A DNA stretch of 64,000 bases from Escherichia coli (GTDB lineage: Bacteria; Pseudomonadota; Gammaproteobacteria; Enterobacterales; Enterobacteriaceae), in NCBI RefSeq assembly GCF_024502345.1, contig NZ_JALDNN010000001.1; one strand, written 5' to 3'. Under the pieces are notes generated by a model, which did not search any database, was not told where the DNA came from, and saw nothing but the letters and a program-made list of their open reading frames with translations. Both the position numbers and the translations under genes were made by a program. Positions 1 through 24,607 of the stretch are shown piece by piece (the stretch's first letter is position 1; each line of letters begins with the position of its first letter).

Positions 1-215
1 TAAACAAGCGTACAAAATTAGAAAGGGAAGGGTAGTGTCCATAAAACATCCTCTGTAATTGGAGTATCACCATCGAATAACTCCGGATGCTCAGCAACAG
101 AGAGAGCGCTGATTTGTTAACCTGATTCCGGTGAAAAACGCTATCTTCACAACCTTACAAATTTCGTGGAATGCAGCTCGCAATCTGCGCGTTGCGATTA
201 ATTTCTACCCGATGC

Positions 216-243
216 TTGCGTCAGGCTCAGATTTGCGTATAAT
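216..243 (+). promoter_or_regulatory. S10 operon promoter candidate (-35 TTGCGT, 16-bp spacer, -10 TATAAT, GC-rich discriminator)
   Basis: Hexamers read directly at 216-221 and 238-243; about 178 bp upstream of rpsJ ATG, consistent with the known long S10 leader. Confidence 0.5.
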
Positions 244-249
244 GCGCGG

Positions 250-732
<483 letters not shown>

Positions 733-752
733 TCAGGTCATTGAGCGATTGA

Positions 753-3148
<2,396 letters not shown>

Positions 3149-3161
3149 TTTTAGAGGATAA

Positions 3162-3443
<282 letters not shown>

Positions 3444-3448
3444 GGTAG

Positions 3449-5377
<1,929 letters not shown>

Positions 5378-5402
5378 TACAGTACACTCTCTCGATACGA
5401 AT

Positions 5403-5433
5403 AAACGGCTCAGAAATGAGCCGTTTATTTTTT
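5403..5433 (+). terminator. Intrinsic terminator after rpsQ (end of S10 operon)
   Basis: Hairpin AAACGGCTCA-GAAA-TGAGCCGTTT followed by ATTTTTT. Confidence 0.8.
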
Positions 5434-5470
5434 CTACCCATATCCTTGAAGCGGTGTTATAATGCCGCGC
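5431..5470 (+). promoter_or_regulatory. spc operon promoter candidate (-10 TATAAT at 5458-5463, GC-rich discriminator)
   Basis: Clear -10 hexamer about 80 bp upstream of rplN; no convincing -35 identified. Confidence 0.4.
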
Positions 5471-5529
5471 CCTCGATATGGGGATTTTTAACGACCTGAT
5501 TTTCGGGTCTCAGTAGTAGTTGACATTAG

Positions 5530-6792
<1,263 letters not shown>

Positions 6793-6803
6793 GGTAGGGT
6801 TAC

Positions 6804-7112
<309 letters not shown>

Positions 7113-7139
7113 TTGTCACCAATTGAATCACGGGAGTAA

Positions 7140-8447
<1,308 letters not shown>

Positions 8448-8452
8448 GGTAG

Positions 8453-9586
<1,134 letters not shown>

Positions 9587-9593
9587 GTAGCAG

Positions 9594-11073
<1,480 letters not shown>

Positions 11074-11108
11074 TTTTTTCGCATATTTTTCTTGCAAAGT
11101 TGGGTTGA

Positions 11109-11138
11109 GCTGGCTAGATTAGCCAGCCAATCTTTTGT
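11109..11138 (+). terminator. Hairpin plus T-tract between rpmJ and rpsM (partial terminator or attenuator)
   Basis: GCTGGCTA-GAT-TAGCCAGC followed by CAATCTTTTGT. Confidence 0.5.
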
Positions 11139-11210
11139 ATGTCTGTGCGTTTCCATTTGAGTATCCTGAAAACGGGCTTTTCAGCATGGAACGTACATAT
11201 TAAATAGTAG

Positions 11211-11576
<366 letters not shown>

Positions 11577-11589
11577 TCGGGGTGATTGA

Positions 11590-12636
<1,047 letters not shown>

Positions 12637-12661
12637 AGCTTAGTACCAAAGAGAGGACACA

Positions 12662-13651
12662 ATGCAGGGTTCTGTGACAGAGTTTCTAAAACCGCGCCTG
12701 GTTGATATCGAGCAAGTGAGTTCGACGCACGCCAAGGTGACCCTTGAGCCTTTAGAGCGTGGCTTTGGCCATACTCTGGGTAACGCACTGCGCCGTATTC
12801 TGCTCTCATCGATGCCGGGTTGCGCGGTGACCGAGGTTGAGATTGATGGTGTACTACATGAGTACAGCACCAAAGAAGGCGTTCAGGAAGATATCCTGGA
12901 AATCCTGCTCAACCTGAAAGGGCTGGCGGTGAGAGTTCAGGGCAAAGATGAAGTTATTCTTACCTTGAATAAATCTGGCATTGGCCCTGTGACTGCAGCC
13001 GATATCACCCACGACGGTGATGTCGAAATCGTCAAGCCGCAGCACGTGATCTGCCACCTGACCGATGAGAACGCGTCTATTAGCATGCGTATCAAAGTTC
13101 AGCGCGGTCGTGGTTATGTGCCGGCTTCTACCCGAATTCATTCGGAAGAAGATGAGCGCCCAATCGGCCGTCTGCTGGTCGACGCATGCTACAGCCCTGT
13201 GGAGCGTATTGCCTACAATGTTGAAGCAGCGCGTGTAGAACAGCGTACCGACCTGGACAAGCTGGTCATCGAAATGGAAACCAACGGCACAATCGATCCT
13301 GAAGAGGCGATTCGTCGTGCGGCAACCATTCTGGCTGAACAACTGGAAGCTTTCGTTGACTTACGTGATGTACGTCAGCCTGAAGTGAAAGAAGAGAAAC
13401 CAGAGTTCGATCCGATCCTGCTGCGCCCTGTTGACGATCTGGAATTGACTGTCCGCTCTGCTAACTGCCTTAAAGCAGAAGCTATCCACTATATCGGTGA
13501 TCTGGTACAGCGTACCGAGGTTGAGCTCCTTAAAACGCCTAACCTTGGTAAAAAATCTCTTACTGAGATTAAAGACGTGCTGGCTTCCCGTGGACTGTCT
13601 CTGGGCATGCGCCTGGAAAACTGGCCACCGGCAAGCATCGCTGACGAGTAA
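12662..13651 (+). CDS. rpoA: DNA-directed RNA polymerase subunit alpha
   Basis: ORF track 329 aa. Confidence 0.97.
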
Positions 13652-13667
13652 CCGGATCACAGGTTAA

Positions 13668-14075
<408 letters not shown>

Positions 14076-14093
14076 TCTGAAGCAACGTAAAAA

Positions 14094-14117
14094 AACCCGC
14101 CCCGGCGGGTTTTTTTA
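14094..14117 (+). terminator. Intrinsic terminator after rplQ (end of alpha operon)
   Basis: GC-rich hairpin ACCCGCCCCGGCGGGT followed by TTTTTTT. Confidence 0.85.
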
Positions 14118-14181
14118 TACCCGTAGTATCCCCACTTATCTACAATAGCTGTACTCTTTTTGTTCATCCCCTGGAGTATTT

Positions 14182-14550
14182 ATGTGGTTACTTGACCAGT
14201 GGGCAGAGCGTCATATAGCAGAAGCGCAAGCGAAAGGTGAGTTTGATAACCTGACAGGTAGCGGCGAACCATTGATACTGGATGATGATTCTCACGTGCC
14301 ACCGGAATTACGTGCGGGGTATCGCTTGTTGAAGAATGCCGGTTGCTTACCGCCAGAACTTGAGCAACGGAGGGAAGCAATTCAGCTTCTGGATATCCTC
14401 AAAGGTATCCGTCACGATGATCCGCAATATCAAGAGGTTAGCCGTCGATTGTCATTACTGGAATTGAAGCTGCGACAAGCTGGATTGAGTACCGATTTTT
14501 TACGCGGCGATTATGCTGACAAGTTGTTGGACAAAATCAACGATAACTAG
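14182..14550 (+). CDS. yhdN: DUF1992-family protein YhdN
   Basis: ORF track 122 aa; synteny. Confidence 0.85.
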   Translation: MWLLDQWAERHIAEAQAKGEFDNLTGSGEPLILDDDSHVPPELRAGYRLLKNAGCLPPELEQRREAIQLLDILKGIRHDDPQYQEVSRRLSLLELKLRQAGLSTDFLRGDYADKLLDKINDN

Positions 14551-14560
14551 TGGAGTATGT

Positions 14561-14986
14561 ATGTATCGCATTGGTGAGCTGGCAAAAATGGCGGAAGTAA
14601 CACCCGACACGATTCGTTATTACGAAAAGCAGCAGATGATGGAGCATGAAGTGCGTACCGAAGGTGGGTTTCGCCTGTATACCGAAAGCGATCTCCAGCG
14701 ATTGAAATTTATCCGCCATGCCAGACAACTAGGTTTCAGTCTGGAGTCGATCCGCGAGTTGCTGTCGATCCGCATCGATCCTGAACACCATACCTGTCAG
14801 GAGTCAAAAGGCATTGTGCAGGAAAGATTGCAGGAAGTCGAAGCACGGATAGCCGAGTTGCAGAGTATGCAGCGTTCCTTGCAACGCCTTAACGATGCCT
14901 GTTGTGGGACTGCTCATAGCAGTGTTTATTGTTCGATTCTTGAAGCTCTTGAACAAGGGGCGAGTGGCGTTAAGAGTGGCTGTTGA
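14561..14986 (+). CDS. zntR: Zn(II)-responsive MerR-family regulator ZntR
   Basis: ORF begins at internal ATG (MYRIGELAKMAEV...), MerR-type HTH N-terminus, C-terminal Cys residues. Confidence 0.9.
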   Translation: MYRIGELAKMAEVTPDTIRYYEKQQMMEHEVRTEGGFRLYTESDLQRLKFIRHARQLGFSLESIRELLSIRIDPEHHTCQESKGIVQERLQEVEARIAELQSMQRSLQRLNDACCGTAHSSVYCSILEALEQGASGVKSGC

Positions 14987-15041
14987 TTTTTTGCACTGGC
15001 AGGATTACACTCGCGCCGTTAAATAACCAACTGGAGTTTTT

Positions 15042-15260
15042 ATGAGCCGATATCAGCATACTAAAGGGCAGATAAAGGATAATGCGATAGAAGCATTACT
15101 ACATGATCCCTTATTCCGACAGCGCGTAGAGAAAAATAAGAAAGGGAAAGGCAGTTACATGCGAAAAGGAAAACATGGCAATCGGGGGAACTGGGAGGCC
15201 AGTGGCAAGAAAGTAAATCACTTTTTTACCACTGGTCTTCTGCTTTCAGGCGCTTGTTAA
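15042..15260 (+). CDS. arfA: Alternative ribosome-rescue factor A
   Basis: ORF track 72 aa [28 protein letters not shown]...; 4-bp convergent overlap with mscL. Confidence 0.9.
15197..15237 (+). promoter_or_regulatory. arfA intragenic stem-loop (known RNase III processing hairpin)
   Basis: 9-bp stem GGCCAGTGG / CCACTGGTC read in sequence inside the arfA 3' coding region. Confidence 0.5.
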
Positions 15261-15667
15261 GAGCGGTTATTCTGCTCTTTCAGCAAATCACGAATTTCTG
15301 TCAGTAATACTTCTTCTTTAGTTGGTGCAGGTGCGGCTGCTGGTTCTTCTTTTTTCCGATTCAGTTTGTTGATTAGCTTAATCGCCATAAAGATGGCAAA
15401 GGCCACAATCAGAAAATCAAAGACGTTTTGAATGAAGACACCGTAATGCATCACAACAGCAGGGATATCCCCCTGCGCATCGCGTAGCGTGACAGCAAAC
15501 TGTTTAAAATCGATCCCGCCAATTAATAAGCCCAGAGGAGGCATGATGATATCGGCAACCAGTGAAGAGACAATCTTCCCGAATGCCGCACCGATAATGA
15601 CACCCACCGCCAAATCCACCACGTTCCCGCGCATCGCAAATTCGCGAAATTCTTTAATAATGCTCAT
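15257..15667 (-). CDS. mscL: Large-conductance mechanosensitive channel
   Basis: ORF track 136 aa [33 protein letters not shown]... Confidence 0.96.
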
Positions 15668-15796
15668 GTTATTCTCCCTATGAAGCCGACAACCATAAGT
15701 CTAACAAATGTTAAGCCATTTTCCTGCCAGGAATGAATTTAATTAATCCTTGATAATCAAAGGGAAATAATAAGGCGTCATTAGACGCCTTATTAA

Positions 15797-17173
15797 TTAC
15801 AAGAAGAAAGGGCTTGGTTGGAAGAGTCTTTCGACGTCGGTAATAAACTTTTTATCTGTGAGGAACATAATTACGTGATCGCCTTGCTCAATGCGCAGAT
15901 TGTCATTGGCAATCATCACGTCGTTTCCACGTACCACCGCTCCAATAATCGTTCCTGGCGGTAGCTTGATTTCGTCAATGACTCTGCCGACAACGCGTGA
16001 GGTGCTTTCATCACCGTGAGCAACGGCTTCAATAGCTTCTGCTACGCCGCGGCGCAATGAGGAAACACCAACAATATCTGCTTTTCGCACATGGCTAAGC
16101 AACGCAGAAATAGTTGCTTGTTGTGGTGAAATCGCAATATCGATCACACTCCCCTGAACCAGATCCACATAAGCGCGACGCTGGATCAATACCATCACCT
16201 TTTTCGCACCCATACGTTTGGCAAGCATGGCGGACATGATATTGGCCTCGTCATCGTTGGTGACGGCAATAAACAGATCAACTTGATCGATATGTTCTTC
16301 GGCCAGCAGTTCTTGATCCGACGCATCACCAAAAAAGACGATCGTATTCTGCAACTTTTCCGCCAGTTCGGCAGCGCGCTGCTGATTACGTTCGATGAGT
16401 TTAACGCTGTAATCTTTTTCCAGACGACGCGCCAGCCCTGCACCGATATTACCGCCACCAACCAGCATGATCCGCTTATACGGTTTTTCCAGTCGCTGTA
16501 ATTCACTCATCACCGCGCGGATATGCTGTGAAGCGGCAATAAAGAACACTTCATCACCAGCTTCAACAATGGTCGAACCTTGCGGACGAATGGGGCGATC
16601 GTGGCGGAAAATTGCTGCCACACGAGTATCGATATGTGGCATATGTTCGCGCATGGTCGAAAGTGCATTACCAATCAGCGGGCCGCCATAATAGGCTTTA
16701 ACCACAGCCAGGCTGACTTTACCCTCAGCGAAGTTTACCACCTGCAATGCGCCGGGATACTCAATCAGTCGGTAAATATTATCGATAACCAACTGCTCTG
16801 GTGCGATCAGATGATCAATCGGTACAGCATCTGAATGAAATAGCTTATCGGCATCGCGCACGTAGTCTGGTGAGCGGATACGAGCGATGCGATTAGGGGT
16901 GTTGAAAAGTGAGTAGGCTACCTGGCAGGCAACCATATTGGTTTCATCTGAACTGGTTACAGCAACCAGCATATCGGCGTCGTCGGCACCTGCCTCCCGC
17001 AATACGCGTGGATGAGAGCCATGCCCCTGCACGACTCGCAGGTCAAATTTATCCTGCAAGGTCCGCAGACGCTCACCGTTGGTATCGACAACAGTGATAT
17101 CGTTGTTCTCGCCAACCAGGTTTTCCGCCAGTGTGCCGCCAACCTGGCCGGCACCCAGAATGATAATTTTCAT
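15797..17173 (-). CDS. trkA: Trk potassium uptake NAD-binding protein TrkA
   Basis: ORF track 458 aa with Rossmann GAGQVGG motif. Confidence 0.95.
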   Translation of the reverse strand: MKIIILGAGQVGGTLAENLVGENNDITVVDTNGERLRTLQDKFDLRVVQGHGSHPRVLREAGADDADMLVAVTSSDETNMVACQVAYSLFNTPNRIARIRSPDYVRDADKLFHSDAVPIDHLIAPEQLVIDNIYRLIEYPGALQVVNFAEGKVSLAVVKAYYGGPLIGNALSTMREHMPHIDTRVAAIFRHDRPIRPQGSTIVEAGDEVFFIAASQHIRAVMSELQRLEKPYKRIMLVGGGNIGAGLARRLEKDYSVKLIERNQQRAAELAEKLQNTIVFFGDASDQELLAEEHIDQVDLFIAVTNDDEANIMSAMLAKRMGAKKVMVLIQRRAYVDLVQGSVIDIAISPQQATISALLSHVRKADIVGVSSLRRGVAEAIEAVAHGDESTSRVVGRVIDEIKLPPGTIIGAVVRGNDVMIANDNLRIEQGDHVIMFLTDKKFITDVERLFQPSPFFL

Positions 17174-17194
17174 CAGTCGCGACCCGTTATCTCA

Positions 17195-18484
17195 TCACTT
17201 TTTGATTAGCTTAGCGTAAAAGAAGCCGTCGCCCTCTTCGGCACCAGGTAGATTTTGTTTACCCGGTTGCTCTGGTGTTCCTGTTTCACAAAGTTCGGCA
17301 TCAGCGGTACGTTGCAAAAAAGCTTTAATCTGCAGGCTATTTTCTTCCGGTAACACCGAACAGGTGGCATAGACCAGGGTTCCACCGGATTTTAAATGCG
17401 GCCAAATGGCGTCGAGAATTTCAGACTGCAATTGCGCGAGTTCCGGGATATCGCGATCGCGACGTAACCATTTAATATCCGGATGGCGACGAATCACACC
17501 GGTTGCTGAACAAGGCGCATCTAATAAAATGCGATCAAACTGTTGCTCGCCACACCATTGGGAAGGGTAGCGGCCATCACCTTGTTTCACGGTCGCCTTC
17601 ATACCAAGGCGTTTTAAATTGTCGTAAACGCGAGAGAGGCGCTGTTCGTCAATATCAACCGCAACAACCTGCGTTTCTGGTGCCACCTCAAGGATATGCG
17701 TTGTTTTACCGCCGGGGGCGGCACAAAGATCCAAAATGTGTTCACCGTTTTGTGGCGCAAGCCAGGTCATGCAACCTTGTGCTGATGCATCCTGAACGGT
17801 AACCCATCCGTCTTCAAAACCAGGTAGCGCATGAACAGGTGCAGGTGTTTCCAGACGTACAGCATCAGGGTAATCCGCATGCGGGAAACCTTTCATTCCT
17901 GCTTCATCCAGCAATGCAAGCCAGCTGTCGCGGGAATGATGCGTACGATTAACGCGCAGCCACATTGGCGGACGCTGGTTATTGGCTTCGACGATGGATT
18001 GCCACTGCTCTGGATACGCTTTTTGCAGACGCTTCAGCAACCAGGAAGGATGCAGATAACGTGCATCACTGGCATTAAACTCGGCTAATAACTCTTCTTG
18101 CTGACGCTGGAAATGGCGTAATACACCATTTATCAACCCTTTAAGTTGCGGGCGCTTAATTGCGATAGCGCCTTCAACCGTTTCAGCCAGCGCAGCATGA
18201 GGTGGAATGCGGGTATAAAGCAGTTGATACAAACCAACCATAATCAGGTAATGCACGGTCCGCTGTTTGCCGGTCATCGGACGGGCCATTAACTTATTAA
18301 TCAGCCAGTCTAACTGCGAAAGCGTACGCAGTACGCCAAAGCACAACTCTTGAAGAAGTGCTTTGTCTTTATCGGAAACTTTTTGCTGGAGCGGCGGCAG
18401 AATGTTGCTTAATGATTGCCCTTGCTCGACGACTTGTTCAACGGCTTGTGCAGCCATACTACGTAAATTACGTTGTTTTTTCAT
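17195..18484 (-). CDS. rsmB: 16S rRNA m5C967 methyltransferase RsmB
   Basis: ORF track; start set at internal ATG ([13 protein letters not shown]...) giving 429 aa. Confidence 0.9.
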   Translation of the reverse strand: MKKQRNLRSMAAQAVEQVVEQGQSLSNILPPLQQKVSDKDKALLQELCFGVLRTLSQLDWLINKLMARPMTGKQRTVHYLIMVGLYQLLYTRIPPHAALAETVEGAIAIKRPQLKGLINGVLRHFQRQQEELLAEFNASDARYLHPSWLLKRLQKAYPEQWQSIVEANNQRPPMWLRVNRTHHSRDSWLALLDEAGMKGFPHADYPDAVRLETPAPVHALPGFEDGWVTVQDASAQGCMTWLAPQNGEHILDLCAAPGGKTTHILEVAPETQVVAVDIDEQRLSRVYDNLKRLGMKATVKQGDGRYPSQWCGEQQFDRILLDAPCSATGVIRRHPDIKWLRRDRDIPELAQLQSEILDAIWPHLKSGGTLVYATCSVLPEENSLQIKAFLQRTADAELCETGTPEQPGKQNLPGAEEGDGFFYAKLIKK

Positions 18485-18529
18485 AAGTATAAAAATGCCC
18501 GGCAAGACCGGGCTTAGAAGATTGGACTA

Positions 18530-19477
18530 TCAGGCCAGACGGTTGCCCGGAACAAACCATTCCCGACGAGAATTCAGGAGGTCTTGTGCGCTCATCGCTT
18601 TCTTACCCGCAGGTTGTAACGAGAGCAGATTCAGGATGCCATCACCAGTCGCAACCTGAATGCCTTGTTTGTTGGCTTCAAGGATCGTTCCTGGTACAGC
18701 GTTGGTTGCCGTATCAATGACTGACGCTTTCCAGACTTTAACTGGCTGTCCTTCAATTTCCAGCCAGCTCATTGGCCATGGATTGAAAGCGCGAATACAG
18801 CGTTCAAGCTGCGCTGCCGAAAGTGACCAGTCAATACGCGCTTCTTCTTTACTCAACTTTTCGGCGTAAGTAACAAGAGTTTCGTCCTGAACTTCTGGTT
18901 TCGCCGTGCCGTCTGCCAGTTGTTTCAACGTGGTGATAAGCCCTTGTGGGCCAAGCACTGCCAGCTTGTCGTACAGCGTACCACTGGTATCTTCTGCAGT
19001 AATCGGGCAGGAGAGCTTATAGAGCATGTCACCGGTGTCTAAACCAACATCCATTTGCATAATGGTCACACCAGTTTCTGCATCACCCGCCCATAGTGAG
19101 CGTTGGATTGGTGCAGCACCGCGCCAGCGTGGCAGCAGTGAACCATGAACGTTGATACAGCCAAGACGCGGCATCTCCAGCACTGCTTTAGGCAGAATTA
19201 AACCATAGGCGACGACGACCATAACATCAGCCTGCAGATCGGCGACCAGTTGCTGGTTTTCTTGTGGACGCAGGGAAACAGGTTGAAAAACGGGCAGACA
19301 TTTTTCCTCAGCCAGAACTTTAACCGGGCTGGGCATCAGTTTTTTACCGCGTCCTGCCGGTCGGTCTGGCTGGGTGAACACGCCAACGACGTTATGACCA
19401 GAAGACAACAGCGCATCGAGATGACGCGCTGCAAAGTCAGGTGTACCCGCAAAAATAATACGTAGTGATTCTGACAC
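18530..19477 (-). CDS. fmt: Methionyl-tRNA formyltransferase
   Basis: ORF track 315 aa. Confidence 0.95.
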   Translation of the reverse strand: MSESLRIIFAGTPDFAARHLDALLSSGHNVVGVFTQPDRPAGRGKKLMPSPVKVLAEEKCLPVFQPVSLRPQENQQLVADLQADVMVVVAYGLILPKAVLEMPRLGCINVHGSLLPRWRGAAPIQRSLWAGDAETGVTIMQMDVGLDTGDMLYKLSCPITAEDTSGTLYDKLAVLGPQGLITTLKQLADGTAKPEVQDETLVTYAEKLSKEEARIDWSLSAAQLERCIRAFNPWPMSWLEIEGQPVKVWKASVIDTATNAVPGTILEANKQGIQVATGDGILNLLSLQPAGKKAMSAQDLLNSRREWFVPGNRLA

Positions 19478-19491
19478 GTTAGTTCTTATCC

Positions 19492-20001
19492 TTAAGCCCG
19501 GGCTTTCAGACGATCCAGTTTTTCAACTTTCTGACGAATACGTTGTTGTTTCAGCGGTGACAGGTAATCCATAAACAGTTTGCCGACCAGGTGATCCATC
19601 TCATGCTGAATACAGATGGCTAACAGACCGTCTGCTTCCAGTTCAAATGGTTTACCGTCGCGGTCAAGGGCGCGAATTTTAACTTTCTCTGCGCGCGGCA
19701 CTAAAGCACGTTGTTCAGGGATCGACAGGCAACCTTCTTCAATGCCTGTTTCGCCGCTTTTTTCTAAAAGCTCCGGATTGATTAACACCAGCCGTTCGTC
19801 ACGGTTTTCCGAAACATCAATAACAATGATACGTTGATGGATATCAACCTGGGTTGCCGCCAGGCCAATACCTTCTTCTGCGTACATCGTCTCGAACATA
19901 TCATCGACGATACGCTGAATTTCTGCATTCACTTCTTCTACCGGTTTAGCAACTTTGCGAAGCCGCTCGTCCGGAATATGTAACACTTGCAAAACTGACA
20001 T
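19492..20001 (-). CDS. def: Peptide deformylase
   Basis: ORF track 169 aa with HEMDH metal-binding motif. Confidence 0.96.
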
Positions 20002-20130
20002 AAATCTCCAGAGATGTGTTCAGGAGTTAGAAAGATTATTTCTTCTATTCTAGACAAATCCCCCTCTGATTGACAGCATCACTGACCAATCGCAAAGATT
20101 GCTAAGGCTGCTTATGGCAGGGAGATAAGG

Positions 20131-21255
20131 ATGGTCGATACAGAAATTTGGCTGCGTTTAATGAGCATCAGCAGCTTGTACGGCGATGATATGGTCCGTA
20201 TCGCTCACTGGGTGGCAAAACAGTCGCATATTGATGCGGTTGTATTGCAGCAAACAGGGCTTACATTGCGGCAGGCACAACGCTTTCTTTCATTTCCACG
20301 AAAGAGTATCGAAAGCTCACTTTGTTGGTTGGAGCAACCTAACCATCATTTAATCCCTGCGGACAGCGAATTTTATCCTCCTCAACTTCTGGCGACGACA
20401 GATTACCCCGGCGCACTGTTTGTTGAAGGAGAACTGCACGCGCTGCATTCATTTCAGCTTGCCGTAGTGGGGAGTCGGGCGCATTCATGGTATGGCGAGC
20501 GATGGGGACGATTATTTTGCGAAACTCTGGCGAAGCGTGGAGTGACAATTACGAGTGGACTGGCGCGTGGAATCGATGGTGTGGCGCATAAAGCAGCCTT
20601 ACAGGTAAATGGCGTCAGCATTGCTGTATTGGGGAATGGACTTAATACCATTCATCCGCGTCGCCATGCCCGACTGGCTACCAGTTTGCTTGAACATGGT
20701 GGGGCACTTGTCTCGGAATTTCCCCTCGATGTTCCACCCCTTGCTTACAATTTCCCACGAAGAAATCGCATTATCAGTGGTCTAAGTAAAGGTGTACTGG
20801 TGGTGGAAGCGGCTTTGCGCAGTGGTTCGCTGGTGACAGCACGTTGTGCGCTTGAGCAGGGGCGTGAAGTTTTTGCCTTGCCAGGTCCATTAGGGAATCC
20901 GGGAAGCGAAGGGCCTCACTGGTTAATAAAACAAGGTGCGATTCTTGTGACGGAACCGGAAGAAATTCTGGAAAACTTGCAATTTGGATTGCACTGGTTG
21001 CCAGACGCCCCTGAAAATTCATTTTATTCACCAGATCAGGAAGACGTGGCATTGCCATTTCCTGAGCTCCTGGCTAACGTAGGAGATGAGGTAACACCTG
21101 TTGACGTCGTCGCTGAACGTGCCGGCCAACCTGTGCCAGAGGTAGTTACTCAACTACTCGAACTGGAGTTAGCAGGATGGATCGCAGCTGTACCCGGCGG
21201 CTATGTCCGATTGAGGAGGGCATGCCATGTTCGACGTACTAATGTATTTGTTTGA
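20131..21255 (+). CDS. dprA: DNA-protecting protein DprA (Smf)
   Basis: ORF track 374 aa; divergent from def. Confidence 0.9.
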
Positions 21256-21700
21256 AACCTATATTCACACAGAAGCTGAGTTGCGTGTGGATCAAGACAA
21301 ACTTGAACAGGATCTTACCGACGCAGGATTTGATCGAGAAGATATCTACAATGCCCTGCTTTGGCTGGAAAAGCTTGCGGATTATCAGGAAGGACTGGCA
21401 GAACCGATGCAACTGGCCTCTGATCCACTCTCCATGCGTATTTATACCCCTGAGGAGTGTGAAAGACTGGATGCCAGCTGTCGTGGTTTTCTGCTTTTCC
21501 TTGAGCAAATTCAGGTGCTTAACCTTGAAACCCGTGAAATGGTGATAGAGCGAGTGCTCGCGCTGGATACCGCAGAGTTCGACCTGGAAGACCTGAAATG
21601 GGTAATCCTGATGGTGTTGTTCAATATTCCGGGCTGCGAAAATGCGTACCAGCAAATGGAAGAATTACTCTTTGAAGTGAATGAAGGTATGCTGCATTAA
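21227..21700 (+). CDS. smg: Smg protein (DUF494)
   Basis: ORF track 157 aa; overlaps dprA 3' end. Confidence 0.85.
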
Positions 21701-21728
21701 TCATTTCTTTAATTCAGCATAAGTTGTT

Positions 21729-22271
21729 ATGGCGAAATCAGCACTGTTCACGGTGCGTAATAATGAGTCCTGCCCAAAGTGCGGGGCTGAACTGGTTATT
21801 CGATCCGGGAAACACGGTCCGTTTCTTGGATGCTCACAGTATCCGGCGTGTGACTACGTCCGTCCTCTGAAATCTTCAGCGGATGGACATATTGTCAAAG
21901 TTCTGGAGGGGCAGGTTTGCCCTGCATGTGGCGCAAATCTGGTATTACGCCAGGGACGCTTTGGTATGTTTATTGGTTGCAGTAACTACCCTGAATGCGA
22001 ACATACCGAACTTATCGATAAACCGGACGAAACAGCAATTACATGCCCCCAATGCCGGACGGGCCATCTGGTCCAGCGCCGCTCCCGTTATGGCAAAACA
22101 TTTCACTCCTGTGATCGCTACCCGGAGTGTCAATTTGCCATTAACTTCAAACCCATAGCTGGAGAATGCCCTGAGTGTCATTATCCACTACTCATCGAAA
22201 AGAAAACCGCGCAGGGTGTAAAACACTTTTGTGCCAGTAAACAATGTGGAAAGCCGGTTTCGGCGGAATAA
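21729..22271 (+). CDS. yrdD: Topoisomerase-type C4 zinc-finger DNA-binding protein YrdD
   Basis: ORF track 180 aa with repeated CxxC motifs. Confidence 0.85.
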   Translation: MAKSALFTVRNNESCPKCGAELVIRSGKHGPFLGCSQYPACDYVRPLKSSADGHIVKVLEGQVCPACGANLVLRQGRFGMFIGCSNYPECEHTELIDKPDETAITCPQCRTGHLVQRRSRYGKTFHSCDRYPECQFAINFKPIAGECPECHYPLLIEKKTAQGVKHFCASKQCGKPVSAE

Positions 22272-22275
22272 TAAC

Positions 22276-22848
22276 GTGAATAATAACCTGCAAGGAGACG
22301 CTATCGCAGCTGCGATAGATGTCCTCAATGAAGAACGTGTCATCGCCTATCCAACGGAAGCCGTTTTCGGTGTTGGGTGCGATCCTGATAGCGAAACAGC
22401 AGTGATGAGACTGTTGGAGTTAAAACAGCGTCCGGTTGATAAGGGGCTGATTTTAATCGCGGCAAATTACGAGCAGCTTAAACCCTATATTGATGACACC
22501 ATGCTGACTGATGCGCAGCGTGAAACCATTTTTTCCCGCTGGCCAGGTCCTGTCACCTTTGTCTTTCCCGCGCCTGCGACAACACCGCGCTGGTTGACGG
22601 GCCGCTTTGATTCGCTTGCTGTACGAGTCACCGACCATCCGTTGGTGGTTGCTTTGTGCCAGGCTTATGGTAAACCGCTGGTTTCTACCAGTGCCAACTT
22701 GAGTGGATTGCCACCTTGTCGAACAGTAGACGAAGTTCGCGCACAATTTGGCGCGGCGTTCCCGGTTGTGCCTGGTGAAACGGGGGGGCGTTTAAATCCT
22801 TCAGAAATCCGCGATGCCCTGACGGGTGAACTGTTTCGACAGGGGTAA
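22276..22848 (+). CDS. tsaC: Threonylcarbamoyl-AMP synthase TsaC (YrdC)
   Basis: Internal GTG start ([17 protein letters not shown]...) giving 190 aa. Confidence 0.88.
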
Positions 22849-22852
22849 CATA

Positions 22853-23671
22853 ATGGAAACCTATGCTGTTTTTGGTAATCCGATAGCCCACAGCAAATCG
22901 CCATTCATTCATCAGCAATTTGCTCAGCAACTGAATATTGAACATCCCTATGGGCGCGTGTTGGCACCCATCAATGATTTCATCAACACACTGAACGCTT
23001 TCTTTAGTGCTGGTGGTAAAGGTGCGAATGTGACGGTACCTTTTAAAGAAGAGGCTTTTGCCAGAGCGGATGAGCTTACTGAACGGGCAGCGTTAGCTGG
23101 TGCTGTTAATACCCTCAAGCGGTTAGAAGATGGACGCCTGCTGGGTGACAATACCGATGGTGTAGGCTTGTTAAGCGATCTGGAACGTCTGTCTTTTATC
23201 CGTCCTGGTTTACGTATTCTGCTCATCGGCGCTGGTGGAGCTTCTCGCGGCGTACTACTGCCACTTCTTTCCCTGGACTGTGCGGTGACAATCACTAATC
23301 GGACGGTATCCCGCGCGGAAGAGTTGGCTAAATTGTTTGCGCACACTGGCAGTATTCAGGCGTTGGATATGGACGAACTGGAAGGTCATGAGTTTGATCT
23401 CATTATTAATGCAACATCCAGTGGCATCAGTGGTGATATTCCGGCGATCCCGTCATCGCTCATTCATCCAGGCATTTATTGCTATGACATGTTCTATCAG
23501 AAAGGAAAAACTCCTTTTCTGGCATGGTGTGAGCAGCGAGGCTCAAAGCGTAATGCTGATGGTTTAGGAATGCTGGTGGCACAGGCGGCTCATGCCTTTC
23601 TTCTCTGGCACGGTGTTCTGCCTGACGTAGAACCAGTTATAAAGCAATTGCAGGAGGAATTGTCCGCGTGA
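22853..23671 (+). CDS. aroE: Shikimate dehydrogenase
   Basis: Start at ATG 22853 ([17 protein letters not shown]...) giving 272 aa. Confidence 0.93.
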   Translation: METYAVFGNPIAHSKSPFIHQQFAQQLNIEHPYGRVLAPINDFINTLNAFFSAGGKGANVTVPFKEEAFARADELTERAALAGAVNTLKRLEDGRLLGDNTDGVGLLSDLERLSFIRPGLRILLIGAGGASRGVLLPLLSLDCAVTITNRTVSRAEELAKLFAHTGSIQALDMDELEGHEFDLIINATSSGISGDIPAIPSSLIHPGIYCYDMFYQKGKTPFLAWCEQRGSKRNADGLGMLVAQAAHAFLLWHGVLPDVEPVIKQLQEELSA

Positions 23672-23925
23672 ATCAGGCCATCCAGTTTCCGGACAGAGAA
23701 GAGTGGGATGAGAATAAAAAATGTGTATGTTTTCCCGCTCTCGTGAATGGCATGCAACTGACATGTGCGATCTCTGGCGAGAGTCTGGCGTATCGTTTTA
23801 CTGGAGATACGCCAGAACAGTGGTTAGCGAGTTTTCGTCAGCATCGCTGGGATCTGGAAGAAGAAGCGGAAAACTTAATTCAGGAACAAAGTGAAGATGA
23901 TCAAGGCTGGGTCTGGTTACCCTGA
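23668..23925 (+). CDS. yrdB: DUF1488 protein YrdB
   Basis: ORF track 85 aa; synteny. Confidence 0.8.
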   Translation: MNQAIQFPDREEWDENKKCVCFPALVNGMQLTCAISGESLAYRFTGDTPEQWLASFRQHRWDLEEEAENLIQEQSEDDQGWVWLP

Positions 23926-24455
23926 TCCAGATATTCGTCCTTCCATTTCACGTAATTATTCGCGGAATAGCGTAACCCAGCCTTCTCTTCATCACTTAAC
24001 GGGCGGATCTGTTTGACGGGGCTACCGAGATACAGATATCCGCTCTCCAGCCGTTTATTTTGTGGGACCAGACTACCCGCACCAATCATCACATCATCTT
24101 CTACTATTGCGCCATCAAGTAAAATTGAGCCCATCCCAACCAAAACTCGATTGCCAATGGTGCAGCCGTGGAGCATCACCTTGTGACCAACAGTGACATC
24201 TTCGCCAATGGTTAATGGGTTGCCATCTGGGTTGTACGAGGATTTATGAGTGACATGCAACATACTGCCATCCTGGATATTGGTGCGTGCTCCGATCTGT
24301 ACATAATGTACATCTCCACGAATCACAACGAGCGGCCAGATCCCCACATCATCAGCCAGACGAACGTCACCAATCACGACACTGCTATCGTCGATCATTA
24401 CGCGCTGACCGATTTGTGGAAAAAGATCGCGGTATGGGCGTAAAACATCAGACAT
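23901..24455 (-). CDS. yrdA: Gamma-carbonic-anhydrase-like hexapeptide-repeat protein YrdA
   Basis: Start at ATG (MSDVLRPYRDLFP...) giving 184 aa; upstream ORF-track extension runs into the rrn promoter region. Confidence 0.88.
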   Translation of the reverse strand: MSDVLRPYRDLFPQIGQRVMIDDSSVVIGDVRLADDVGIWPLVVIRGDVHYVQIGARTNIQDGSMLHVTHKSSYNPDGNPLTIGEDVTVGHKVMLHGCTIGNRVLVGMGSILLDGAIVEDDVMIGAGSLVPQNKRLESGYLYLGSPVKQIRPLSDEEKAGLRYSANNYVKWKDEYLDQGNQTQP

Positions 24456-24607
24456 ACTTACCTCAGCAATAAATGATTTACTAATGACTTTGGGGGCATT
24501 ATTGGCCTTGTGCAAGTCTTTTAGTATGCAAAAAAGCACCGTTTTGTGTGCGATTGCAGCAAAAAGGGTGAAAAAACAACAAACAGAAAAAAAGATCAAA
24601 AAAATAC

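Noticed and set aside
16195-17154. Several 60-100 aa ORFs on both strands inside trkA
   Set aside because: Nested or antisense to the 458-aa trkA ORF; no independent support.
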